DNA of 64,000 bases, from NCBI GenBank assembly GCA_015057825.1, contig SVDN01000002.1:16044-80043 (forward strand). Reading direction: 5' to 3'. Positions within the stretch are counted from its first letter, which is position 1, and every line of letters begins with the position of its first letter. Shown here one piece after another: positions 27,346-36,603 of the stretch. A program made the translations under genes and the position numbers. Origin of the DNA: Lachnospiraceae bacterium (lineage in GTDB: Bacteria > Bacillota > Clostridia > Lachnospirales > Lachnospiraceae). The notes beneath the pieces were generated by a model. The model made no database searches and was not told the DNA's origin. It worked only from the letters and a program-made list of their open reading frames with translations.

Positions 27346-28089
27346 TGTATATACAAAGCAAAAAAGACTTGTATATACAGAAAAATGCAGTAATAGTGCG
27401 TCGTTCAAGAGTTGTATATACGAAAGTGTATATACAAATGCGCCGGAAACAGGCTTTGTATATACAAAAACGTATATACAAAAATCGGGATTAAGCTTTG
27501 TATATACAAAAATGTATATACAAACTATAAAGCAAAAATTTGTATATACAAATGTGTATATACAAGAAAAGGCAGTGAAATTGCGCCTTGTAGCGGTCTG
27601 TATATACAGTTGGAAAATAATGGTGTATATACAAATTGAATTTGTATATACATAGGTTTAACAAAGTGTATATACAAAAAAACGCAGTAAAAATGCAAAG
27701 TACAGCAGTTTGTATATACAAAACCAGCTGAAATGTATATACGTTTTAGCGAAACAGGGGTCTTAGGGGAATTTTCCCCTAACAAGATGTATCTGTGGGT
27801 ACAGATGCGTATCTTGCAATACGAATAAAAAAGAAAAAAGCTGACAGCTATGGGAAAAAATAATTTGTATATACAAATATGTATATACAAAAGTGTATAT
27901 ACAAGCGAAAAACGTATATACAAATGTGCATATACGAACACTTGTTGTATATACAAAATGCATTTGTTAAAAATGTATATACAGGCTCAAAGCCTGTTAT
28001 TTCAAGGAATAGGGCACTTGTATATACAAATCTAAAAACAAAAAAATGTATATACAAAAACGTATATACAACATATGTTTGTATATACA
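27346..28089. repeat. Array of 27 TGTATATACA palindromes in two blocks (16 + 11) flanking a 120-bp core
   Basis: Counted by eye: 21 exact, 6 near copies. Eight pairs have exact 14-bp start-to-start spacing. No credible ORF. Confidence 0.9.
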
Positions 28090-28244
28090 ATAAAAATAAT
28101 CCAGGCTGTTTAAGCCCGGAGAAACCCCAGTCCGTAGACACAATCAATATCGAACGAGATTTATAGAAAACCGAACGATATATTGACAAAACCATACGAT
28201 TATAATATTATGAAATTAGAAGAATACAGAAAGGAGAAATGAGT

Positions 28245-28460
28245 ATGTCTATTACGGCCACAGAATTAAAGAGTAATTTAGGTAAGTATTTGCTGCTTGC
28301 AGAAACAGAAGATATTTATATCACAAAAAATGGAAAAGTCGTCGCAAAATTATCAAATCCTCACCAGGATCGTGTCGATATTGCAAAATCTCTTTTCGGG
28401 GTAATACCAAATGATATAACGCTGGATGAGGCGCGGGAAGAGAGGTTGAATAAAATTTGA
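28245..28460 (+). CDS. Phd/YefM-family antitoxin
   Basis: SITATELKSNLGKYLLLAETEDIYITKNGKVVAKL. Overlaps the PIN gene start. Confidence 0.8.
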   Translation: MSITATELKSNLGKYLLLAETEDIYITKNGKVVAKLSNPHQDRVDIAKSLFGVIPNDITLDEAREERLNKI

Positions 28461-28867
28461 GAGCTTTGCTTGATACTTGTATTATAATTGATGCTTTGCA
28501 ATCACGCGATCCGTTTTCAAATGATGCACAGGCGATATTTATGAGCGCTGCGAACAAGCAATTTGAAGGATATATAGCAGCAAAGTCAGTGGCAGACATT
28601 TATTATATTACGCATCGGAACACACACAACGATGAGGAAACCAGGAAGATATTAAATAAAATTTTCGCACTGTTTGGCATATTAGATACAACATCGCTTG
28701 ATTGTCGAAAAGCAGTTTCTTCGGAAATGAAAGATTATGAAGATGCAATCATGGCAGAAACCGCAATGCGCACTGAAATGGATTGTATTGTTACAAGAAA
28801 TATAAAAGATTTTAAAAATGCATCAATAAAAATTTTAAGTCCTACAGAGTTTATAAAGATGATATAG
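28457..28867 (+). CDS. vapC: PIN-domain toxin (VapC-like)
   Basis: N-terminal LLDTCIIIDAL (PIN Asp) and later acidic residues (DYEDAIMAETA). TTG start overlapping the antitoxin stop. Confidence 0.8.
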   Translation: MRALLDTCIIIDALQSRDPFSNDAQAIFMSAANKQFEGYIAAKSVADIYYITHRNTHNDEETRKILNKIFALFGILDTTSLDCRKAVSSEMKDYEDAIMAETAMRTEMDCIVTRNIKDFKNASIKILSPTEFIKMI

Positions 28868-28876
28868 AACAAATTT

Positions 28877-28901
28877 AAGCAGCTGACAAGGCTGCTTTTT
28901 C
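28877..28901 (+). terminator. Intrinsic terminator after vapC
   Basis: AAGCAGC-tgacaag-GCTGCTT followed by TTT. Confidence 0.6.
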
Positions 28902-28907
28902 TATGCC

Positions 28908-28964
28908 AAAAATAAAAATATTGTCGCGCGCGCACACCTTAGAAAATACAGCCTGCTTTATAAT
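28908..28964 (+). promoter_or_regulatory. Conserved ICE promoter module copy 3
   Basis: aaaaataaaaataTTGTCGCGCGCGCACACCTTAG. TATAAT at 28959, 32 bp after TTGTCG (28921). Confidence 0.6.
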
Positions 28965-29025
28965 TAATATATCGAAGGTACCACGATATATATCACTCAA
29001 ATTTATAAAGAAAGAAGGATGATTA

Positions 29026-30006
29026 ATGACAGCAAAACAGTTGGCAGAAATGATAAAGGAAGAAATTGGAAATTATATTGATTTAGGAGCTTACGGAGTT
29101 GGAGAAGTAACAATCCATGAGGTGATGAAAAACAACGAAAAACTTACAGGAATAGCCTTCAAGCCGAAAACAAATGATATAGCGCCTTCTATTTACGCAG
29201 ATTATTTTGTTGATTCTTTTGAAAACAGTGAAAAAGGTAAGCAAGAATTATTTGAAAAAATTCAAAATATTCTTAAGGATAGTTTCAACATAAAAGAAAA
29301 TCAAGTTTTGTTCTCCGGTATTTCAAATGTAGCAGAAGAGTGTTTTACACAGGAATACTTTGAAAAAAATTTAAGATTATGTGTTATGAGCACTGAAACG
29401 AACAAAGAGTATCTTTCAGAAATTCCACATAAGAATTTTTCGGATATGAGCTTATATTACAAGATTATGGTTGGAAAAGAAGCATCTATCACGGTAAGAA
29501 ACGAGCACCTTAAATATGTGGGAATAGACGAAAGACAGCTTCATGCTCTTGCCGTAAAGTCACAAAAGGAAAATGTTTCATATGAAGTAAGAGATATGAA
29601 AGAGATAATTAAAGGAATTTTTGAGAAAAAGGGTTTTGAGGTTGATGAATACTTTATTGAAACAATACCTTCCAACCTTAAAGTTATATCAAACAAGGAA
29701 ATGCTCTTCGGCGCAGCTTGTATATATGATGATGATCTTATGTCAAAAGCAGTAAAAGACATGGGTGAAAACCAGGCATTTGTGCTTCCTTCAAGTGTTC
29801 ACGAGATTATTCTTGCTCCTTATAATGAAGCAGAAATTGAACGTTTTCATCAGATGGTTTGCGATGTCAATGCTACAGAAGTAGCTCCGATGGATAGGCT
29901 TACTGATAACGTTTATATGTATGATGCAAACAGAAAAGAACTTATTCAGTTAACAGGTCTTAATAACAGCAATACGCTTAAAAACAAAAATTCACATAGT
30001 ATGTAA
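29026..30006 (+). CDS. Conserved ICE protein, DUF5688-like (from memory)
   Basis: 326 aa. VLPSSVHEIILAP and DRLTDNVYMYD resemble a family common in Firmicute ICEs. Not verified. Confidence 0.45.
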   Translation: MTAKQLAEMIKEEIGNYIDLGAYGVGEVTIHEVMKNNEKLTGIAFKPKTNDIAPSIYADYFVDSFENSEKGKQELFEKIQNILKDSFNIKENQVLFSGISNVAEECFTQEYFEKNLRLCVMSTETNKEYLSEIPHKNFSDMSLYYKIMVGKEASITVRNEHLKYVGIDERQLHALAVKSQKENVSYEVRDMKEIIKGIFEKKGFEVDEYFIETIPSNLKVISNKEMLFGAACIYDDDLMSKAVKDMGENQAFVLPSSVHEIILAPYNEAEIERFHQMVCDVNATEVAPMDRLTDNVYMYDANRKELIQLTGLNNSNTLKNKNSHSM

Positions 30007-30021
30007 GAATTAACACAGGTT

Positions 30022-30046
30022 AAGGGCAGCCTTACAGGTTGCCCTT
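30022..30046 (+). terminator. Terminator-like hairpin
   Basis: AAGGGCA...TGCCCTT stem after the stop at 30006. Confidence 0.5.
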
Positions 30047-30058
30047 CTTGTATTTAGT

Positions 30059-30116
30059 AAAAAAATAAAATATTGTCGCGCGCGCAATTTACTTTTGCAA
30101 AATGCGCTAATACAAT
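30059..30116 (+). promoter_or_regulatory. Conserved ICE promoter module copy 4 (T4SS operon)
   Basis: aaaaaaataaaataTTGTCGCGCGCGCAATTTACT. TACAAT at 30111, 32 bp after TTGTCG (30073). Confidence 0.6.
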
Positions 30117-30147
30117 TTTATAAGAATAACAAAAGGAGAGTGATTTT

Positions 30148-31095
30148 TTGGGAAGTAGCAAGACAGAAGTAACACTGGAACAAGTAAAAAAATATATTGT
30201 TGCAAAAGAGTTTTCAGAAGAAGAAGCCAGGGCTGTAAATGACTTAGAAGCCGGCCCTGTACAAAAATATATATACGCAATAGCTATTCGACAATTTGGA
30301 TTAGAGTCTGAAAAGACATACTTAATAAAAAACAATCTTTATTTGGAAGACAAGGTTGTTAATGAAATTTTTTTAGCATTTCAAAAGAAAGTTGATGCAG
30401 AAGATGTTGAAAAAGTAATAAACGAATTTGGAGCAGATATTAAGCCGCATTATATTACTAAGCTTTATAATCCCAAAGTGAATGAAAAGCCGGAAGACAA
30501 ATTCTTTAATCAAGTTATGGATGAAGCTGAGAAACAAAATGAAACAGATACAGAAACTCAAAGCAATGATTTGTTAACCAAAGAAGATACTTTATATGAA
30601 GCAGAGACTAAACCGGATTTATCAGAAGAACAGGCGGAAAAAGGCAAAGAAACACAACCGGAAGATGTAAAAACAGAAGAATCTTCAATCAAGGAAGATG
30701 AGAAAGAGAAGACGAATCAGAATCTTTCTCTTTATGAAAAAGAAGAAATGAATCCGGTTGATCAAAAACTAAAGAGGCTGCTGGAATCAAACGAAGAAAT
30801 AAAAAAGAAAATAGATAGTATTAATCTTGAAATAAGGCAGCTTCAAACACAATTGTCTAATGTAGCTAATAATAAGAGAAGAAAGATATCGGTATTTACA
30901 AAAGAAGAGTCGATTTCTAAAGAATCTCTTTTATCTTATGTAATTAGAAGGCATTACAACCCAAAAGTCTTAGATCTTCTAAATAAGCAGTTTAATTCCG
31001 GAGCGAAACCGGAGCAATTAAAAGAAATACTTGATAATGAAGAAGATGAAGAAAAGTTGTTAGCTCTATTAAAAATGACATTATCCCAAAAATAA
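30148..31095 (+). CDS. Acidic coiled-coil hypothetical protein
   Basis: TTG start 8 nt after AGGAGAG. Glu/Lys-rich low-complexity centre. Confidence 0.4.
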   Translation: MGSSKTEVTLEQVKKYIVAKEFSEEEARAVNDLEAGPVQKYIYAIAIRQFGLESEKTYLIKNNLYLEDKVVNEIFLAFQKKVDAEDVEKVINEFGADIKPHYITKLYNPKVNEKPEDKFFNQVMDEAEKQNETDTETQSNDLLTKEDTLYEAETKPDLSEEQAEKGKETQPEDVKTEESSIKEDEKEKTNQNLSLYEKEEMNPVDQKLKRLLESNEEIKKKIDSINLEIRQLQTQLSNVANNKRRKISVFTKEESISKESLLSYVIRRHYNPKVLDLLNKQFNSGAKPEQLKEILDNEEDEEKLLALLKMTLSQK

Positions 31096-31110
31096 AAGGA
31101 GAGTGAAAAC

Positions 31111-32655
31111 ATGCAGGAAGTAGTGGAAATAGTGAGAGTAATGATGGATGGAATTGCGATGCCATTTAAACTTGTAGGTGGAATAACAACTCATTCTATA
31201 GAGATTATCCAGGCTTTTATGAAACAGTTAAAATTCATGGACGAAAGAAGAGAAGCAAACCTTACAAATCAGACAAAAGGAATAACTTCTTTTTATAACC
31301 TAAAAACAAGAAGTAATGGGCAAATTACAATACTAAATATTCCAAAGGAAATGGTAGAAGATGGCAAGCCGGATTTAACAGGAAGCACGCTTGATAGATA
31401 TGCTAAAAATAATGGTGTGCTTTGTTCGGTGTTATATGATTTTAATACAGACGATGATTTTAAACAGATTGCCATAGATTCAAACGATGCAGGAATGTGG
31501 AGACCTTTTATTGCAGAATGTACAAATAGGTTTCATGAAAAAAACCGTGCCGTATCTGAACAAACAAAAATAAAAGCAGATCAATTATATAAAAAGGCTG
31601 CGGAAAGTAAGGAGCGCGCAGCGTTTTATTATGAAAGAGGTGATAAAGAAAAAGCTGTAGCATTTGATAAAGAAGCAAGTGAATACACAGCTGCAGCCGA
31701 TGAATTAAATGCTTTAAGCAAAGCCCAAGCTGATCAGGAGACAAAAGTTGAAATAGATATTGAAGACTATTATAAAAACTCTGAAGGCGGAGCTGTAAAT
31801 ATAGATAATAACTTGAAAGAAGTAGAAGCCGGATTACCGCAACATGGGGAAATATCCATAGAAGAGGCAATGAAACTTGACACAGTTGAAAGTAATAATC
31901 CGGGAGATGTTGTTTATATTTATGATCCATTAAATCCAAATAACTATATCAAGGGTACATGTTCCGAAGCTAAAAATCCGATAACGGATAGAACATATAA
32001 CAAAATGGATTATGAGTCGGTTGAAAAATCTTTTTCACCGGATGGATCCGTAAACGTAAAATCAAAAGGATTTGTATCTGATGAAAGAGATTCCTTTGAT
32101 TGGGAAGCAAAAAGAGAAGCTTTTTTACATACAGCAGGATTTAAGCCGGAAGAAAAAGTGGTAGTTGAAAAATCCGAAGATGTTTTATCAAAGAAGCAGG
32201 AAATCTTTGAAGAAACAAAAAAAAACAAAATGAATGAATCATTAAGAGATATTATGCCGAAGGATAATGTTATTGACTTTGCAAAAGCAGCCCATAAAAA
32301 CGACATGGACAACATAACAACTAAAATAGAGTTCGATAATGCGTGTGTCGTAGGACAAGATGCTTTGAGCATTGAGGTAGTTACAGATATAAATAAAGAT
32401 TCATACGAAACAATGAAGTTGCCACGCAGTTCGATTAATGAGCCGGGTGTCTATAGAATGTTTGGAAATGAGTTTTTGGAAAAAACAAAATATGATGCAG
32501 AAGGTAAAGTGATGCAAGTTGAACAAAAGAATTTTTCAATCGAAGAATCTAAACAGCAACTTGAAAGAACACGTAGCCTATTAAAAGAACAAATAGAACG
32601 AGTTGCAGCAAAGATGAAGGAGAAAAATAATATTGGAAAAACAAAGAAATTATAA
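31111..32655 (+). CDS. PcfB/DUF3801-like protein preceding the coupling protein
   Basis: N-terminal region and position immediately upstream of VirD4, as for pCF10 PcfB (from memory). Long extra C-terminal region. Confidence 0.4.
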   Translation: MQEVVEIVRVMMDGIAMPFKLVGGITTHSIEIIQAFMKQLKFMDERREANLTNQTKGITSFYNLKTRSNGQITILNIPKEMVEDGKPDLTGSTLDRYAKNNGVLCSVLYDFNTDDDFKQIAIDSNDAGMWRPFIAECTNRFHEKNRAVSEQTKIKADQLYKKAAESKERAAFYYERGDKEKAVAFDKEASEYTAAADELNALSKAQADQETKVEIDIEDYYKNSEGGAVNIDNNLKEVEAGLPQHGEISIEEAMKLDTVESNNPGDVVYIYDPLNPNNYIKGTCSEAKNPITDRTYNKMDYESVEKSFSPDGSVNVKSKGFVSDERDSFDWEAKREAFLHTAGFKPEEKVVVEKSEDVLSKKQEIFEETKKNKMNESLRDIMPKDNVIDFAKAAHKNDMDNITTKIEFDNACVVGQDALSIEVVTDINKDSYETMKLPRSSINEPGVYRMFGNEFLEKTKYDAEGKVMQVEQKNFSIEESKQQLERTRSLLKEQIERVAAKMKEKNNIGKTKKL

Positions 32656-34837
32656 AAGGTATTTAATTATATGGCTTGTTTTCTTAGGCTTTTTTCTTTT
32701 AATCGGATGGAAATTGGGAGCTTCAATGCACGAGGGATTAGGTTTAAGGAGTTGGGGTGACTCGGTGACAGCCTGGGCAAAGACATTACCGGCAGGGTTG
32801 ATACCTCATGCCGATGAGTTTAATGGAAGGTACACTGCTCTTGGATTAATACTTATGTTTATGGTCTGGGCATTTATGGTTGCTGTTGGAATGTGGAATT
32901 GGGGAAACTATATGCCCGGTAAGGAGTATGGTTCGGCAAAATGGGAAGATCCTAAGAATTTAACAAAAAAATATGCAGATAAAAAGGCAGAAAATATATT
33001 AAAAGGGATTAAACATCCTTTTAATACGCATAATAGGATAGTATCTCAAAACTTAAGAGTTTCATTGGAATCGGCGTTATCAAACAATCATACACTAGTT
33101 ATTGGTGGATCCGGAAGAAGAAAATCAACCGGATATGTTCTTGCAAATCTTTTGTCGCTATTGGATTGTTCATCAATTACTACGGATCCAAAAGGTGAAT
33201 GTTTAAGAATGGCCGGACCTGTACAAAGAGCATTTGGTCATACTGTTAAAGCTTTAATGCTAAGAAATGCAAAAGACCTTAAAAAAAGTGCTCATTATAA
33301 TCCTTTTATTTACATAGAATCTGAAGAAGATTGCGTTGAGCTTGCAGAGATTTTTATGAAATCAACAGAATCACAAAAACAGTCATCTGCAGACCCTTAT
33401 TGGGTAGAAGCCGCCGGCTATTTACTTCAGTCCTTCTTTTTATATGTATGGAAGTATTCGGAAAAGAAGACAATGCGTTCGGTTTGCGATCTATTAAACG
33501 ATTTAAAGATTGAGGATGATCCAAACACCGGTGGCAGAAAAATAAGTCCAACAGAGAAGAAGTTTCATGAGCTGCCGGATCAAAAAGATAGTTGCGTGAC
33601 TGCATTTGACAAGGCGGTGCAAGGTCCGACGGATACTATTAACTCTGTTGTGGCGGTACTTAATTCTCGAATGAAGTATTTAAATATGGATTCAACATTA
33701 GAGATATTTGACGATGATGATATTGCTATTCATGAGTTGGGTTGCGGCGTTGACTTTGATGGTAAAACAATAACGGACTTGTATCTTGTTATTAACGATC
33801 AAATCACTGTTAATCCATACAAATTTATTGTAAGTATGCTATATATGCAGCTGACAAAAGTTTTATATCGATATGCGGATACCTATTATGGCGGTAAATT
33901 ACCGATATCGGTTCAATATATGATGGACGAATGGGCAAACGTTGAGACAGGTGCAGGTTTTGTAAACGACCTTACAACAATGCGCTCAAGAGGAATGTTT
34001 GTATCGGTTATTTTGCAGTCTTTAACTCAGGCAAAGACAAAGCTTAAAGATGAATGGGAAACGCTTATGGGTAACTGTGCAACAATAATTTATTTGGGCG
34101 GAAATGAACCGACAACCAACAAATATTTTTCAGAGGATATCTTGGGTGAACAAACAATAGACAAAAAATCAAGCGGTGAAAGTCTAGGGTCTCATGGCTC
34201 TACATCTCACAATTATGACAGGCTTGGCAGGAAACTCAGAACTCCGGCTGAAGTACGAAAACTTTCAAAAAAGAAATGTCTGGTAATCCTTGAAGGCGAA
34301 GATCCGGTTATTGATTATAAGTACAATTTATTTTCTCATCCTTTAATTGGATATTCCGGATATAAACAAAAACCTTATGATTATGATGCCTCCAAGGAAA
34401 GGAATTTGGAAATGTCAAATTTTAAACTTCTAAATGACGCCTCTTTGAAGGCATATAGTGGTATAGCTACAGAGCAGGGAAAAGATATCGTCTATACAAT
34501 TGATGTTAATGATCTTTTGGCATTAACGCCGGAACAGGTAAGTAAATTTAATAAAGAATTACCAAATCTATATGATGATGAGATACTCCAGGAAAACAGG
34601 GAAAGAATTCAGACCCTTATAAAAAAGAAAAAGGAAACAACGGTTGATATTTCATCGTTAACCAAAGAACAAACCATTACAATTATTAAGCTCAAACACG
34701 ATGATTATTCGCCAAAACTGATTAATGCACTCTTCCCGCTTGTTGAAAACAATTGGTCTTTTGAAAAGATTTCGGAATTATTTAATTCATCATTTGATGC
34801 GGATGAGGCTACAGAATATGTAGCAAATTTAGTTTAA
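32633..34837 (+). CDS. virD4: Type IV coupling protein (VirD4/TraG/PcfC family)
   Basis: Two N-terminal TM helices. Walker A-like VIGGSGRRKSTG. Walker B-like YMMDEWANV. 734 aa. Confidence 0.85.
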   Translation: MEKQRNYKRYLIIWLVFLGFFLLIGWKLGASMHEGLGLRSWGDSVTAWAKTLPAGLIPHADEFNGRYTALGLILMFMVWAFMVAVGMWNWGNYMPGKEYGSAKWEDPKNLTKKYADKKAENILKGIKHPFNTHNRIVSQNLRVSLESALSNNHTLVIGGSGRRKSTGYVLANLLSLLDCSSITTDPKGECLRMAGPVQRAFGHTVKALMLRNAKDLKKSAHYNPFIYIESEEDCVELAEIFMKSTESQKQSSADPYWVEAAGYLLQSFFLYVWKYSEKKTMRSVCDLLNDLKIEDDPNTGGRKISPTEKKFHELPDQKDSCVTAFDKAVQGPTDTINSVVAVLNSRMKYLNMDSTLEIFDDDDIAIHELGCGVDFDGKTITDLYLVINDQITVNPYKFIVSMLYMQLTKVLYRYADTYYGGKLPISVQYMMDEWANVETGAGFVNDLTTMRSRGMFVSVILQSLTQAKTKLKDEWETLMGNCATIIYLGGNEPTTNKYFSEDILGEQTIDKKSSGESLGSHGSTSHNYDRLGRKLRTPAEVRKLSKKKCLVILEGEDPVIDYKYNLFSHPLIGYSGYKQKPYDYDASKERNLEMSNFKLLNDASLKAYSGIATEQGKDIVYTIDVNDLLALTPEQVSKFNKELPNLYDDEILQENRERIQTLIKKKKETTVDISSLTKEQTITIIKLKHDDYSPKLINALFPLVENNWSFEKISELFNSSFDADEATEYVANLV

Positions 34838-34857
34838 CAAAAAGGAGATATAACAAA

Positions 34858-35175
34858 ATGAAAAATGAAAAGAAGAAACTAATGATAACAACAGCTGTAA
34901 CGGCAATGACAGCGCTGGCAAATACTTCTCAGGTTTTTGCAGCAGATAACGGGTTAATTAATCAAGTATTAGAACCTCTTGTTTTATTAAAAACGTTAAT
35001 CTTTGCGGGGTTAGCTGTAGTTGGCGGTATTATTTTTGCGTGGAATGCTTTCCATTTCGCCGGAGCGCTAAAAGAGAAGGATCAAATAGGTATTTCATCT
35101 AATCTTTTAGGCATGCTTGGAGGCGGAATAATGGCCGGCATTGGAGCGGTCGTATCGTTTTTAGGCATTGGTTAA
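34858..35175 (+). CDS. Small membrane protein, VirB2/TrbC-like or Maff2-family
   Basis: Signal peptide ...TSQVFA/AD and two hydrophobic helices. Position between VirD4 and a VirB6-like gene. Confidence 0.5.
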   Translation: MKNEKKKLMITTAVTAMTALANTSQVFAADNGLINQVLEPLVLLKTLIFAGLAVVGGIIFAWNAFHFAGALKEKDQIGISSNLLGMLGGGIMAGIGAVVSFLGIG

Positions 35176-35189
35176 AGAGGTGAAGATTT

Positions 35190-36134
35190 ATGTTGTTAGG
35201 TGGATTAGGAAATATGGGACAGTCGATAATGGAAGCATTTGGCTTTTCTGGAGATTGGCAAAGAGTTACGTGGATATCTAATGTTATAAACGGAAATAAT
35301 ATTTTTAATCAGCTGGTTAAATATGCTAAAGATCTTTTAACTACAAATCCTGCAAACTGGAAGACGGATGCATGGAACTTTGTCAGTGGTCTAAATGCTG
35401 CGATGGTAGCGGTTGGGTCCGGGTTAGTTGTTTTTTTCTTTTTATATGGCTTTTTTACCTCTAGTATTGATGCAAAGAATGAGCTAAAGATTCAAAATAT
35501 GATAAAAATGCTTATTAAGCTTGTATTAGTTAATGGAGTTGTCGTTTTTAATATGTACATAATAACGGCAATAATGAAGTCAATAATGGCTATTATTGAG
35601 TTTATACCAACGCAGTTGACCGGGACTACAAGTGATGCTCTAATATCAAATTCTACAGTAATATATGACGACTTGTTTGTCCGAGCAATTGAATCAGACA
35701 GTAATTTTTTTGACACAATACTGGGTAGCATAATTACTTTTCTATATCTAATTGTTATGGCGGCAGCCGGGGTTATTATATTGTATTACGCTTTCACAAG
35801 GTTTCTAAAACTTTATAGCATAATTCCTTTTGGAGCAATTGCGCTTGCTACGTTAGCAAGTGATAACAAGGATATATCAATAACCGGAGTCTCATATTTC
35901 AAATATGTTATAGCAACGTGCTTAGAGGGTGGCGTGATGTTAATAGCCATATGCTTGTTTCCTTATATCATGGCGGCAGGGGATTCAGATCCATTCCTTT
36001 CCGTTGTTGAAGGAACAACAGCAACGACACCTCTTATTTTAGTATTTACGTTAAAATATATCATTTTAGCTGTTTTATGTATTGGAGCTGTTAAAGGAGC
36101 TATGACATTGATTAACAAGGCTTTTGGAATCTAG
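35190..36134 (+). CDS. Polytopic membrane protein, VirB6-like (CD1112-type)
   Basis: At least 6 hydrophobic helices. Position in the T4SS operon. Confidence 0.55.
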   Translation: MLLGGLGNMGQSIMEAFGFSGDWQRVTWISNVINGNNIFNQLVKYAKDLLTTNPANWKTDAWNFVSGLNAAMVAVGSGLVVFFFLYGFFTSSIDAKNELKIQNMIKMLIKLVLVNGVVVFNMYIITAIMKSIMAIIEFIPTQLTGTTSDALISNSTVIYDDLFVRAIESDSNFFDTILGSIITFLYLIVMAAAGVIILYYAFTRFLKLYSIIPFGAIALATLASDNKDISITGVSYFKYVIATCLEGGVMLIAICLFPYIMAAGDSDPFLSVVEGTTATTPLILVFTLKYIILAVLCIGAVKGAMTLINKAFGI

Positions 36135-36147
36135 GGGGGGTGATTAT

Positions 36148-36597
36148 ATGTCATTGAGGTTTGATATATCAAAAAATGTTGATGATTATAAAAGTGCAAT
36201 TGCGCTGGGATTGGGTGCGGCAGAAATCGCTGCGGGTATAATTTCAGTTTCAATAGGCGTATTTATAATTTTGCTTTTGTATTTCTTAATTGGTATCCAT
36301 ATTGTTGTAGCAGTATATATGGGAATGCCGGTGATAATAGCGCTGTGTTTTTTAACAATTAGAAAAAAACATGGAAAAACTTTTTTTCAAAGGCTAATTG
36401 CCGGAGAATTAATCGGGCATAAAAGAACAACATGCAAGTATGCATCTAGCGAATCTTTGGATGCAATAAAGGCTGTTCGGGAAAATAGATTAAAAAAGGA
36501 AAAGGAACTTGCAAATGTATTACCGGAAGATGCAACAAATATCCAAATAATAAAAGCTGCGCTCAAAGAAACATTTAGGATAAAGAGAAAGGATTAG
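36148..36597 (+). CDS. PrgI-family protein (VirB3-like)
   Basis: Two adjacent TM helices. Immediately upstream of VirB4. ATG 36148 after GGGGGGTGA. Confidence 0.55.
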   Translation: MSLRFDISKNVDDYKSAIALGLGAAEIAAGIISVSIGVFIILLLYFLIGIHIVVAVYMGMPVIIALCFLTIRKKHGKTFFQRLIAGELIGHKRTTCKYASSESLDAIKAVRENRLKKEKELANVLPEDATNIQIIKAALKETFRIKRKD

Positions 36598-36603
36598 AAT
36601 AAA

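Noticed and set aside
27346-28089. Possible CRISPR array
   Set aside because: The repeat is only 10-14 bp. Spacing is irregular (14 to about 58 bp), much shorter than CRISPR spacers. No cas genes or leader are present.
27412-28195. Seven tracked ORFs (60-143 aa, both strands) across the TGTATATACA array with repetitive VYT/YIQ/CIYK peptides
   Set aside because: They are translation artefacts of a palindromic DNA repeat: the same repeats are read in several frames on both strands. They have no RBS and overlap each other. The region is better explained as non-coding repeat DNA.
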